Shown: in pieces, positions 43,232 through 53,439 of the stretch
How the letters are laid out: each line of letters begins with the position of its first letter
Position numbering within the stretch: position 1 is the stretch's first letter
IMG/VR virus record: IMGVR_UViG_3300032954_000018
Span: 1 to 54,164 of that record
From: a virus
Lineage: Duplodnaviria > Caudoviricetes
Length of the DNA stretch: 54,164 nucleotides
Reading direction: 5' to 3' (one strand)
Program-made: the position numbers and the translations under genes
The notes under the pieces: model-generated
What the model saw: the letters and a program-made list of their open reading frames with translations, nothing else
Told to the model about the DNA's origin: nothing
The model's database searches: none

Positions 43232-43834
43232 ATGAATCCTGTTTTATACGTAATACGACACGGAAGAACGTCCTACAATCAAAAAGGACTGTTCCGTGGA
43301 GAAGCTGATATCCCTCTCACAGAAGAGGGAGTCACAGATTCAGAAGAAGCTAAAAGCCAATTAGAAGATATAGAACCGGCTTTCATAGTTTCTTCTGATA
43401 AGAAGAGGGCTGTACAGACCGCAAAGCTAATAGCAGACGGTCTTGAAGTACAGACTACTCCGCTTCTCAGAGCGTGGAACTTAGGGCATTTTTCCGGAAA
43501 ACCGAAAAACGAAGAGAACCTTAAGGAACTGCAAAAATATATAGATGATCCTAATCTACCAGTTCCAGACGGAGAAAGCCTAGAAGATTTTCGCAATCGC
43601 GTACTCCCCACTCTTGCTGAAGCATTCGAACATGCCACGAGAGTAGGGGCAGGGTTTGTTGTAGCCCATAGCTCAGTAATTCATGAGATTGGTAATCAGC
43701 TATACGGAGATCATAAGAGCTTAGTAGTTAAACCGGGAGGTATCGTTGTCATAGGAATAGACAACGGGGAAATCTCGGCAGATCGAATTTTTAAACCGTT
43801 GCGGGACAAAGAAAGTGCCGCAAGTGTTTCCTAG
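43232..43834 (+). CDS. Histidine phosphatase (phosphoglycerate mutase family)
   Basis: RHG.T..N, D.PL...G, SSD..RA.QTA, P.GES, VVAH. Confidence 0.92.
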   Translation: MNPVLYVIRHGRTSYNQKGLFRGEADIPLTEEGVTDSEEAKSQLEDIEPAFIVSSDKKRAVQTAKLIADGLEVQTTPLLRAWNLGHFSGKPKNEENLKELQKYIDDPNLPVPDGESLEDFRNRVLPTLAEAFEHATRVGAGFVVAHSSVIHEIGNQLYGDHKSLVVKPGGIVVIGIDNGEISADRIFKPLRDKESAASVS

Positions 43835-43842
43835 AGGACAAT

Positions 43843-44529
43843 ATGAGTAATTTTGACACAATTGCAATTCTGAAGGGGCCGGGTACTGGCCGCGATCAGA
43901 TCAATGCACTTACCCTTACTTCCACGACTGAAACCGTGTTTGTAAAGGGTACCGATACTGTGGGTACCACTGTTGCGGCGGTTTTGGTACTTCCCACTGG
44001 CGTTCCCTCCGGTTCTAACCTTGTTGGTTCTGGGTCGGCAATGGACTATAACCAGAACCCAGCGTACAGCTTCCAGTCTTACGGACGTAAGACCATGATT
44101 GGCGTGGGTACCGAGGCTCCGTATTTTAGTTCGACTACGTTTGATGTGGGTCGTCCTTTCCGCGTTAGGGTCGCAGGTAATGCCACTCTGAATGCCGGTG
44201 CGGGTAATACCGCTGCGATCAACTTGTACGTGGGTACGTCTACCACCACAGGTTCCGATACCAAGATAGCTGCTCTTACCGCTGGTGGTGCTCCTAGCAC
44301 GAGTTTTAATTTCGTGCTTGAGACCGTTGTGCAGTGGGATGCCACTTCTCAGGTTTTGGGTGGATGGTATACCGGACAGTGCGCCAATACCCTTACCGCT
44401 GCTCACGCGCTTTCGAACGCGGCTTCGGTAACTACGGCTGGTAACCTTCAGTTCGTGGTCTCGGGTACGTTTGGCAATGCTGGTGGCGGGACTATCAACA
44501 TTGCGGAGTTTAGCGCAGAACAAGTCTAA
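43843..44529 (+). CDS. Putative virion (decoration) protein, paralog of 30521-31123
   Basis: Shared motifs and Thr/Gly/Ala composition. Confidence 0.7.
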   Translation: MSNFDTIAILKGPGTGRDQINALTLTSTTETVFVKGTDTVGTTVAAVLVLPTGVPSGSNLVGSGSAMDYNQNPAYSFQSYGRKTMIGVGTEAPYFSSTTFDVGRPFRVRVAGNATLNAGAGNTAAINLYVGTSTTTGSDTKIAALTAGGAPSTSFNFVLETVVQWDATSQVLGGWYTGQCANTLTAAHALSNAASVTTAGNLQFVVSGTFGNAGGGTINIAEFSAEQV

Positions 44530-44555
44530 AGTAAAGGTGCTATTGAGGATTCCTA

Positions 44556-45212
44556 ATGCACGAATACAACCTACCCGAGAATATACTCGACCATGAACTA
44601 GCATTCTCTAAGACACTACTGGGCAAAGAATGCGAACGCTGTCGTCGGGCTTATCACTATAACTATTTCGATAGAGATTCGTCAAGCCGAGATGGTCGCG
44701 CCCACATTTGTCCAAAATGTAAGCAGACTCCTCGGCTTTCGATTGGAGAGAACGTAGCAAGATACAAGGAAATGAACGATAATTCGTCAGCCGTTGAAGC
44801 CCAACGTAGACCGGATGAACTGGATTATCTTGAAAGAGATTCTGTGGGCAGAGCACTAACGCACACTGAATTCATTCGCAAACTCCGCAGTCTTCTAGGA
44901 ACAAAACTAATTGTCGGAGACGCATATTTCCTTAATGAGTTTTCTCTCTACATCGAAGATAGCACTTGTACCGATACTAATGGTGTCCGTTACATAGGAT
45001 ATATACCTACCGGAGTCATACAAGAATTTTCCAGTTACGCTTACAACGATCACGGAGTGGCTGTCGATGAAACGCACAGAGGCTATCGTGGTCTACTCAT
45101 GAAGCTAATTCTAAACAAATACATTACTGAGGAGCAGTGCAACCGAGTATTCGGACGAACGGACGAAAAGGTTTGGTGCAAAACCCTCTACAACCTAAGG
45201 AACATAAAGTAG
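44556..45212 (+). CDS. Hypothetical protein with N-terminal zinc finger
   Basis: K.C..C...F..D....DG....C..C. Confidence 0.75.
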   Translation: MHEYNLPENILDHELAFSKTLLGKECERCRRAYHYNYFDRDSSSRDGRAHICPKCKQTPRLSIGENVARYKEMNDNSSAVEAQRRPDELDYLERDSVGRALTHTEFIRKLRSLLGTKLIVGDAYFLNEFSLYIEDSTCTDTNGVRYIGYIPTGVIQEFSSYAYNDHGVAVDETHRGYRGLLMKLILNKYITEEQCNRVFGRTDEKVWCKTLYNLRNIK

Positions 45213-45235
45213 GGTGTATTACCTACTAAGTTAAC

Positions 45236-45820
45236 ATGGCAAAAGAAAAAGAAGTATCAACAGACCTTAATCTCGACAACGTAAATGTCAGCGCAAAAGA
45301 CCTTCTAACCATCATTGGACTTCTCCAACAGGATAATTCCAAGTCACTAGCAGAGGCACTAAGTGCTGCTCTTGAAAAACTCCAACCCGGTTATCGCAGC
45401 CCCGAACAAAAGGAATTTGATAACAAGCTTCGGGGGGATCAGCGAAATATCGAGATCATGAAGCTCAAGAACAATAAACGCAGACAGCGTTTTTGTGAGC
45501 ATGAAGTTGGTCAATCGGGTCGGCATCGTAATGGAGAAGGGGCTTTCTGTGGATTGAAACTTCCTACCGGAGAAATGATTGGAGTCTGTCAGTATTGCCA
45601 GATGGTCATCTCTTCAGCCAATCCAGAACATCAGAAGTTCTTTCGAAAGATCAATGGTACTCCTGCGGAAGCAGGACAGACTGAAGGCATTCTCGATCCC
45701 GTAAAAGCACAGTTGGCTCGGCTCAGTCCAGACCAGCGTGAAAAGGTTCTTAAAGCTCGTGCAGAATATTTTGCACAGGACGCGGCTAAGGAACTGATAA
45801 CGGACGAGGATATCATCTAA
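45236..45820 (+). CDS. Hypothetical protein with C.H/CxxC motif
   Basis: CEH...CQYC. Confidence 0.75.
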   Translation: MAKEKEVSTDLNLDNVNVSAKDLLTIIGLLQQDNSKSLAEALSAALEKLQPGYRSPEQKEFDNKLRGDQRNIEIMKLKNNKRRQRFCEHEVGQSGRHRNGEGAFCGLKLPTGEMIGVCQYCQMVISSANPEHQKFFRKINGTPAEAGQTEGILDPVKAQLARLSPDQREKVLKARAEYFAQDAAKELITDEDII

Positions 45821-45960
45821 TGACTCCGGAAGAAGAGATAGCAACAAACAATATCATACAAAGATATCTTTGGAGAGTCTGGGCAGATACGGCAGAAGAC
45901 AAATGGGAAAAGCTTCGCTGGCGTGAATACCAAGCAAACTTAGACCTTTCTGAGTACTAA
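45820..45960 (+). CDS. Micro-protein, 46 aa
   Basis: Hand translation MTPEEEIATNNIIQRYLW...; TAATG coupling. Confidence 0.5.
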   Translation: MTPEEEIATNNIIQRYLWRVWADTAEDKWEKLRWREYQANLDLSEY

Positions 45961-45975
45961 GAAGGAAGCAGAAGC

Positions 45976-46707
45976 ATGGCTTCGAATATAACGCTAAAAC
46001 GAACTATAGATATGACCCAACGGTTTATCTATGATGCCCCCATAGTCTATGTGAATAGTGGGGATTTAGCGTATTCAATCGGGGATTGGGTTAGGCAGCT
46101 TATACTCTCCCCTCCCTTTGTATGGCGATGGAACCGTGGATTTGTTCCCCCCATAGTCTGTATTGCCGGACAAACTGACTATCAGACATATCTTCCTGAT
46201 TTTGGGTTTCTCGAAAGAGCTACCATCATAATGCCTCCCGGTGTAGGGAACATCAACCAATACTCAAAAGAACTTACGATTGAGCAAACGCTGGTAGGGG
46301 AAACTATCCTTGGCCAGCCAGCTTTTATATCCGTCATTGCCGATGATAACAACGGTAATATTACTTTTCGATTGATGGGTGTTCCGGATCAGCCTTATGC
46401 GATTAACTTAATTTATCAAAAAGCTGCTCCAAATTTTAGCTCCACTACCGATACTTGGGCACCAATTCCAGACTACTACAACTATCTTTATAATCAAGGA
46501 TTTCTAGCTAAAACGTATGAATATAAAGGAGATGAGCGGTTTGCATTTGCTCATCAAGAATTTTTAAAAATGCTTGTCTCTGCCAGCGATGGATTGACCG
46601 AAACACAGAAAAACATCTTCCTCGACCAGAGACTCACTTACAACCGCGAGATTCAAGGATCACAGCAAACAGGAGCATTGGCGAGGCAAGGTAGAAGCGG
46701 TGCGTAA
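45976..46707 (+). CDS. Putative head-tail adaptor protein
   Basis: W.W......GQTDY...P.DF..L, G.P, PDQ.Y...Y, IPD.Y pattern and position. Confidence 0.65.
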   Translation: MASNITLKRTIDMTQRFIYDAPIVYVNSGDLAYSIGDWVRQLILSPPFVWRWNRGFVPPIVCIAGQTDYQTYLPDFGFLERATIIMPPGVGNINQYSKELTIEQTLVGETILGQPAFISVIADDNNGNITFRLMGVPDQPYAINLIYQKAAPNFSSTTDTWAPIPDYYNYLYNQGFLAKTYEYKGDERFAFAHQEFLKMLVSASDGLTETQKNIFLDQRLTYNREIQGSQQTGALARQGRSGA

Positions 46708-47027
46708 TGGCCTTTCTCCTATACATAAAAAATTTTCTAGATCAACTTTTCCGGTTCGTTAGAGACGCATACAGCGACAACGGTAATCCTTCTAGCAGCC
46801 GAATTCTTACGTTTATTTTGGCTTTGGTATCATCTAAAGTCGTTCTGAATGTTTTCAATCATATCATCGCACTCAGCGATGCAGCAGCCCTAGCAACTTG
46901 GCTTGGCGCATTGCCTTTGATAATCTCTGCTCTCGTTCTTTTCTTCACTGCTCCCTACGGTGTAAATGTTGGTTCTGGTACGGTTTCTGATCTTCTCAAC
47001 ACGCTAAAGGGTAAAAATCAACCGTAA
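46707..47027 (+). CDS. Two-TM membrane protein (holin-like)
   Basis: S..G.PSS.R followed by two TM helices. Confidence 0.55.
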   Translation: MAFLLYIKNFLDQLFRFVRDAYSDNGNPSSSRILTFILALVSSKVVLNVFNHIIALSDAAALATWLGALPLIISALVLFFTAPYGVNVGSGTVSDLLNTLKGKNQP

Positions 47028-47035
47028 ACCTATGA

Positions 47036-48034
47036 GTGGACATGATCTTATTTATTCTGAAAAGCCATCTAACGAGCGGAGGGCCGGGAAGAACACCGTC
47101 TAGCGGCCTAGAAAATTCCGCTACTCTAGTTGCGGACGTACTCCGCGACTTCGGTATTTATACAAAAGTTGTAACCGTTGTTGATTCCAACAGCATTGAT
47201 AGGGAGGTACATCAAAACAAACCTAGGATTGTTATCTTAGAAGCGATTTGGTGTCCTCCCTATAAACTCAAAGAACTAGCCAAACTATGGCCCGGTATTC
47301 GGTGGATAGTAAGGATACACTCCGAAATCCCCTTCCTCGCTAACGAGGGACAAGCCATGGATTGGCTTTTTCAGTATAAGGACATACCTAACGTTATCAT
47401 CGGAGCTAACTCTTTTAGAGCTACTGAAGATTTGATAATTGCGGGCATACCCGCTGTATATCTCCCTAACTACCATCCTATCAACTGTTTCAAAGCTTTT
47501 AGGATAGAAGATAAAGAACTGAATATAGGATGCTTCGGGGCTATCCGGCCCATGAAGAATCAATTAGCTCAAGCTCTTGCCGCTATAGAATACGCCAAGT
47601 TACAGGGAAAGTTTCTGAATTTTCACATGAATACTTCTCGTGTAGAACAGGGCGGGCAGCAGACTTTAAAGAACCTTAGAGCATTACTTTCTTCCGACCC
47701 CACTAGATTCCGTTTAGTGGAATTTCCATGGATGCTTACCAGAGATTTTATGGAAATGGTTAGGAACATGGATGTTTGTTTGAACGTTTCTTTCACCGAA
47801 ACATTCTGCATTACTGCGGCAAATGCTGCGGCTCAGAACGTCCCCATAGTAGTTAGCCCCGAAATACCGTGGGCTTCAAATGAAATTAAAGCCGACCCTA
47901 CCAGTGTTAAGGATATCCTTCATAAGTTAGAAGTAGCGTTAGGTCATCACCGTAGAAAGATCATTGACGACAATCTAGAAGGTCTACAAATCTACGACGA
48001 GATTAGCATAAGGAAGTGGTTAGAGGTAGTATAA
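47036..48034 (+). CDS. GT-B (GT4-like) glycosyltransferase
   Basis: GCFGAIRP.KN; MD..L.VS..ETF.I; VP.V.S. Confidence 0.78.
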   Translation: MDMILFILKSHLTSGGPGRTPSSGLENSATLVADVLRDFGIYTKVVTVVDSNSIDREVHQNKPRIVILEAIWCPPYKLKELAKLWPGIRWIVRIHSEIPFLANEGQAMDWLFQYKDIPNVIIGANSFRATEDLIIAGIPAVYLPNYHPINCFKAFRIEDKELNIGCFGAIRPMKNQLAQALAAIEYAKLQGKFLNFHMNTSRVEQGGQQTLKNLRALLSSDPTRFRLVEFPWMLTRDFMEMVRNMDVCLNVSFTETFCITAANAAAQNVPIVVSPEIPWASNEIKADPTSVKDILHKLEVALGHHRRKIIDDNLEGLQIYDEISIRKWLEVV

Positions 48035-50055
48035 TGAAGAAATTTTTATCAACTTTAGCATTAATAGGAATGTTGCTCCCGGTAGCGGCAATGGGACAAA
48101 GCTCCCAGCGTCAATATACCGCCATGCAGGTAGGTGGCAAAGACTTTGCTGTCGTAGTTCCTAATGCGTATGTGTATGTATGTCAGTACAATACACAACT
48201 TGCCTGTACCACTCCGGTTGCGATTTATGCCGATACAGGTCTCACCCAGCGCATAACTCAGCCCCTTCGTGCCAACGCTGCGGGCGTGTATTCCTACTAC
48301 ATTCCTAACGGATCACAAGTCGTAGAAAAGGTTTGCACCATATATGGTCAGTGTTCTTTTGGTGGAGTGCAGATTGGTCCTACCGGAACAGCTACGTCTA
48401 CTATTTTCGAGATAGGCGGAACTGCTCTACAAAACCAAACCACCATCAACTTCCAAGCCGGGTCTAACATCACCATCACTAACCCCAGTGCGGGTAATGT
48501 TTTGATTTCTGCTACTGGCGGGGGAGGCGGGGGCAGTGTTTCTAGTGTGAGTACCCCCAGCGGCTCTTGGCCGACTTGGTTAGTTCCTACGACCACGAAT
48601 CCAACCAGCACTCCATCTATTTCAGTCGCGGCTTCTCCGATTCCGAATAGCGCACTACAGAACCCATCCTTAACCTTGGGATCGACAGTGCTTACTCTAG
48701 GGGCCACATCGAGTTCTGTTACCGGATTAACGATTGACGGAGTATCGCCTAGCACGATGGCATTCGTTGATCCTACAAGTTCGATTCAAACTCAGATTAA
48801 CAGTCTTCTTTCGAATACAGTAACTAGTATCAACGGCACGTCTGGCGTATTTACTTTCAACTTTAGCGCGGGAGCAGGAAGCTGCTCAGGGACTAGCTGT
48901 ACCTTTACTGGGTCTGGGTCCGGTGGTGGATCGGTAACCAATTTCATTGCTCTTACCGGCAACTGGCCTTCATGGTTGATTCCCTCGGTTACCAACTCGA
49001 CTACGACTCCTTCTCTTTCTGTAGCCATCGGCGGAAGCATCGCACAGTACGCCGTGTTTGCTGCTCCTCAGGGAGGGGCCGGTGCTCCTTCTTTCCAGAC
49101 TACACTAGCAGGATTGACTCTTGACGGAGTAAGTCCTACCACCATGGGATACCTTGATGCTACCTCTAGCATCCAGACGCAGCTTAACAGCAAGGCTTCT
49201 AGCAGTGCGACCTTCACTCTCGGTAGCACTACTGTAACCCTTGGCGGGACTACAACGTCTGTTACCGGGTTAACCGTTGATGGCGTGTCTCCGACCACCT
49301 TCGGGTATGTCGATCCCACTTCTAGCATTCAAACCCAACTTAATAGCAAGCAGCCCAATCTTGGATACACTCCCGCACACTCTGGGGCCAACTCTGATAT
49401 TACCTCTCTGACGGGGCTTTCTACTCCGCTAGCGGCTTCGGAAGGCGGTACCGGGGCTACTAGTCTCGGCGGAACACTTAGCGTTATGGCCGGTGTTCTT
49501 AACTGTAATGCGGCTACTACTTCTGTACTTGGTTGTGTCAAGCCGGATGGAACAACCATCACCATCTCTGGTGGGGTCATTTCTTCAGTCGGAGGCGGGG
49601 GAGGCATTACTCAGCTTACAGGAGATGGTACTGCCGGTCCCGGTTCGGGAAGTCAGCCCTTTACGCTGGCTACGGTTAATAGCGGACCCGGTAGCTGCGG
49701 AGACGCTACCCACGTATGCCAGATCACTACCAACGGAAAAGGATTGGTTACCGCGCAGTCTGCGGTAGCTATTACTTCGATTGCCAATATTCAGGTCACC
49801 ACAGGTACTAGCACTATCAACGCTAATTCCTGTACCGCTGATCTTGGTCCGGTAACGGTCACAGGTCTTGCGACTACTTCCACTATCAACTTTACCGGAA
49901 GCACGGATACTAGTGGCTCTACTGGATGGGGTTCTACTGGCGGTCTTCAGATCAATCCATGGCCTGCCGCTAACGCTCTCCACTACAAAATCTGTAACCC
50001 CACTAGCAGCAACATTACTCCATCTTCCGTAATCTGGAACGTGAGCTTTAAGTAA
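48034..50055 (+). CDS. Tail-fibre-like protein with signal peptide
   Basis: MKKFLSTLALIGMLLPVAAMG-Q; 3x DGVSP.T...D.TSSIQTQ.NS; GANSDITSLTGL; ATT...G.VK. Confidence 0.75.
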   Translation: MKKFLSTLALIGMLLPVAAMGQSSQRQYTAMQVGGKDFAVVVPNAYVYVCQYNTQLACTTPVAIYADTGLTQRITQPLRANAAGVYSYYIPNGSQVVEKVCTIYGQCSFGGVQIGPTGTATSTIFEIGGTALQNQTTINFQAGSNITITNPSAGNVLISATGGGGGGSVSSVSTPSGSWPTWLVPTTTNPTSTPSISVAASPIPNSALQNPSLTLGSTVLTLGATSSSVTGLTIDGVSPSTMAFVDPTSSIQTQINSLLSNTVTSINGTSGVFTFNFSAGAGSCSGTSCTFTGSGSGGGSVTNFIALTGNWPSWLIPSVTNSTTTPSLSVAIGGSIAQYAVFAAPQGGAGAPSFQTTLAGLTLDGVSPTTMGYLDATSSIQTQLNSKASSSATFTLGSTTVTLGGTTTSVTGLTVDGVSPTTFGYVDPTSSIQTQLNSKQPNLGYTPAHSGANSDITSLTGLSTPLAASEGGTGATSLGGTLSVMAGVLNCNAATTSVLGCVKPDGTTITISGGVISSVGGGGGITQLTGDGTAGPGSGSQPFTLATVNSGPGSCGDATHVCQITTNGKGLVTAQSAVAITSIANIQVTTGTSTINANSCTADLGPVTVTGLATTSTINFTGSTDTSGSTGWGSTGGLQINPWPAANALHYKICNPTSSNITPSSVIWNVSFK

Positions 50056-52054
50056 TGAAACTGTTAAAACTGTTACTACTTCTCACTTTTGTTTTCAAAG
50101 GAGAGGCACAGATAACAGCCCCTATGCATACGGGGGCTTTAGCATCTCCTTCAACCTCGAATCTATGGACGGGGTTGCTTGCCCCTGCTAGGGCTGTTAA
50201 TTGGAGTACGGCAGGAGCAGGCCCCATTCCTTCGCGCTCCGTGTGTACCACTCTCGGAACCGCAGGCCAATCTTCTAGTTTTGCACAAAGCGTAACTACT
50301 GCAAACATCGTATCTGCTTTGAATTCTTGTGCGTCCGGTCAGATGGTACTTCTGAATCCGGGAACGTACACAATGACCCAGACTCTTATTATAAGCAAAT
50401 CCAATGTCGGCCTAAGGGGTTCCGGTCCCACTCAGACTATTCTTAAGTGGACAGCAACTTCAAGCAATTGCAATGGTTTTGGACCGACAGCATTTTGTGT
50501 AACCAACGGTGATTCGGGAACTGTTAACGGTTCCTCTAATATATGTTCCGTTACTGGCGGAACTTCACGTGGGTCAACAGCAATAACTATTAGTTCCTGT
50601 TCCACGGGAGCGTTGTCAAACCTAAAAATTGGTTCACTTCTTCAGCTTGAAGCCAACGATGAAGCAAGCGATAACGGTCAGTGGTGGGCTTGTGGAAGCA
50701 CAGGAAGCAACGGAACCTGCTCCCAACAAGGCTCACAGAACTCATGGAGTGGTAATACCACAACCCAGATGGTAGTTGTCACTGGAATATCAGGAACAAC
50801 CATCACAATCTCTCCCGGAATATACGCTCCTGATTGGGCCTCGGGAAGGACGATTCATCTACACTACCCGTCTCCGCATTTGGGATTGAGAATCTTGATA
50901 TTGATACTGAATCCCTCGGATCGATTGAAGCCATGATCGAATACCAGTGGGGATATAATGATTGGGTCAAGAATGTTTCTCTCATAAACTCTATTCAAAA
51001 TAGTGCAGCCACAAAAAAGCATATTCTGATCGGATCGTCTGCTCATATCACCGTTCGCGATTCTTATGTCTATGGCTCAAGTCCAACAATGGAGGGATAT
51101 GGCATAGATGTAACAATCGGATCGGGAGATAATCTGGTTGAAAACAATATCTGCCAGCACGTCGCCACTTGCACAATTCTTGAAAATGGTATGGGAAATG
51201 TCTTTGGATACAACTATTCCGTAGATAATGCCTATAGCGGTAACCCAGCGGGATCGGCTCCTAATTGGCAGGGAAGCGATGCGGCCCATCATGCGGCGGG
51301 TGATGTTTATAATCTGTGGGAAGGTCATGAAGGAATCCAATATTCAGCAGATGACATTCACGGTACGTCCTTCTCTAACACGGTATTTCGTTCCTATCTC
51401 AATGGACGGGACCCAGCTAATACCTGCCCCCCGGCAAATCCTTCTTGCGGAACCGGCGTAAAAAACCAGAACACGGGAGCAGTACACGAAGCAGCAAATA
51501 ACCGCTATGATAATATTGTAGCCAACGTCCTTGGCTCTGGTACGTATTTTACGACTTATCAGAATCAAGGACTATCGGGAAGTCCTAATACGTGTACAAG
51601 TTACAACTGGACTGCAATCTATACTCTAAATTTTAGCGACAATCAGGTTCCTTTTTCACCCACTTGCGCGGGTTCAAGCTTCACTATTGACAACGATCCT
51701 TTAGTCTCTACTGCTTTAATGCGTTGGGGGAACTACGATACTGTAAACGCAGCAGTTAGAACCAATGCTGGTGAGACAGGATCGGGAGCATCGACCTATC
51801 CCGGCTTGGTTACTCCATCAACTTCATGGTCTAGTTATCCTTCTTTCTATTACTCATCTAGGCCCTCATGGTGGAATATCTCTATTGCTCCATGGCCCCC
51901 GATTGGTCCCGATGTTACTGGCGGTAATATCAGCAACTCAGGTGGTCATGCCAACCATAACATGGCAGGGAATTGCTATCTTGTAGTTCTCGGAGGGTCT
52001 GTTACTGGGTCAAGCGGAGCACTTCCGTTTGATGCGAGTACTTGCTATCCTTAA
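50055..52054 (+). pseudogene. Beta-helix (pectin-lyase-like) protein with signal peptide, split by a -1 frame change near 50850
   Basis: ORFs 50055-50936 and 50834-52054 read as one continuous protein; L.PGTY, LRG.G...T.L, IENL.ID and NLVENN.C repeats. Confidence 0.7.
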
Positions 52055-53439
52055 TGAAAAAATTTCTAGCACTTCTCCTATTCCCATTTATAGCTGCGGC
52101 TCAAGTAACGGTACCTAGGCATAGCGGGGCATTGGCTTCTAATCCTAGCATCCCAGTAGCTACTATCAACGGAAGTACTACATATCAGGTAATTGACGGT
52201 TTCGGGGCCGCGACTGCTTTTCTTGCCACGGTCCCTACGTCTGTTATCAATACCGAATACTCTCCGTCACAGATAGGACTAAAGTACATTCGAGTACAAA
52301 TCTATCCCGATTACACCGATTGTAATAACGTCTGGGGATCATGCGTTACAGGTCCGTCAGGATGGACCGGGGCAGTAATCAATAACAGCGATCTGGCTAA
52401 CATACAGGCCGCAGTCGCTAACGGTGCAGTATTATGGGGAGCGATGTGGTCTCCTCCGGGTTCGATGAAGTCTAACGGTAATTTTAACTCGGGGGGAGCA
52501 TTTATCGGCAATCCTACGAATTATACCAACCTTGCCAACATTCAGACTTCGTTTGTTACCCTGATGCAGAACACCTACGGCATAAGTGTCTACGCTATTA
52601 GCGTTCAGAATGAACCTGATTATTCTCCTCCATCTTATGCGGGTTGTACGTGGACAGCCACACAATTCCACGATTATGTACCGTATCTACGTAGTGCTTT
52701 GAATGCCGCTGGATACACAAGCGTCAAAATTATGATTCCGGAATCTGCGCATTGGTCTAGCTTGAGTGGATTCGCTACTACATCTATGAACGATGCGACG
52801 GTAGCAGCAGATATAGGTATCCTTGGTGGACATGCATACGGGATGAATGGTGCGGCTCCCCCTCCATCGGTCCCAACACTACTAAGCTTTTCCAACGTCA
52901 CTAACCAGCATTTCTGGGAGACAGAAACCTCTGACCAAGAGCCTAATGGTAATACAACCTATGACGGAACTATGGTAAGCGGATTGGTATATGCACAGCT
53001 TATCCACCAGTACCTAACCATAGCTAAAGTCAACGCATGGCATTATTGGTTGATCTCGGGAGCAGATCGCGGAGAGAATTCCGGACTTACCGACTCTAGC
53101 AATAACTTTGCTAAACGTGCTTACGTTATGGGTAACTGGGCTAGGTTTGCGACTGGCTTAACAGAAATTTCCGCTACAGCCAATCCCCAAACTGGGGTTT
53201 ATGTTACGGCCTTTAAAAACCTCGTATCGGGTAAGTTTGTAGTCGTAGCCATAAATACAAACAGCGGCTCTGTAGCACAGAATTTTACCTTTGCAGGCGG
53301 ATTGTCCGCTAGCACGGTCACCCCTTATATAACCGATCCTACCCACAATCTCGCAGCCCAATCCGCTATCAGTGTCAGCGGTAGCGGGGTAAATGTTACC
53401 CTCACCGGGCAGAGTGTAACGACCTTTGTGAGCAATTAA
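52054..53439 (+). CDS. Glycoside hydrolase family 30 with signal peptide
   Basis: Q.IDGFG, WSPP..MKSN, SVQNEP (acid/base), WETE (nucleophile), C-terminal beta domain. Confidence 0.88.
   Translation: MKKFLALLLFPFIAAAQVTVPRHSGALASNPSIPVATINGSTTYQVIDGFGAATAFLATVPTSVINTEYSPSQIGLKYIRVQIYPDYTDCNNVWGSCVTGPSGWTGAVINNSDLANIQAAVANGAVLWGAMWSPPGSMKSNGNFNSGGAFIGNPTNYTNLANIQTSFVTLMQNTYGISVYAISVQNEPDYSPPSYAGCTWTATQFHDYVPYLRSALNAAGYTSVKIMIPESAHWSSLSGFATTSMNDATVAADIGILGGHAYGMNGAAPPPSVPTLLSFSNVTNQHFWETETSDQEPNGNTTYDGTMVSGLVYAQLIHQYLTIAKVNAWHYWLISGADRGENSGLTDSSNNFAKRAYVMGNWARFATGLTEISATANPQTGVYVTAFKNLVSGKFVVVAINTNSGSVAQNFTFAGGLSASTVTPYITDPTHNLAAQSAISVSGSGVNVTLTGQSVTTFVSN

Noticed and set aside
48650-49350. Diversity-generating retroelement repeats in the fibre gene
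   Set aside because: Repeats are in-frame protein repeats with synonymous divergence, not adenine-specific; no reverse transcriptase in the window
50843-50850. Programmed -1 frameshift at GGGAAGG
   Set aside because: Not an X XXY YYZ heptamer and not in a tail-chaperone context
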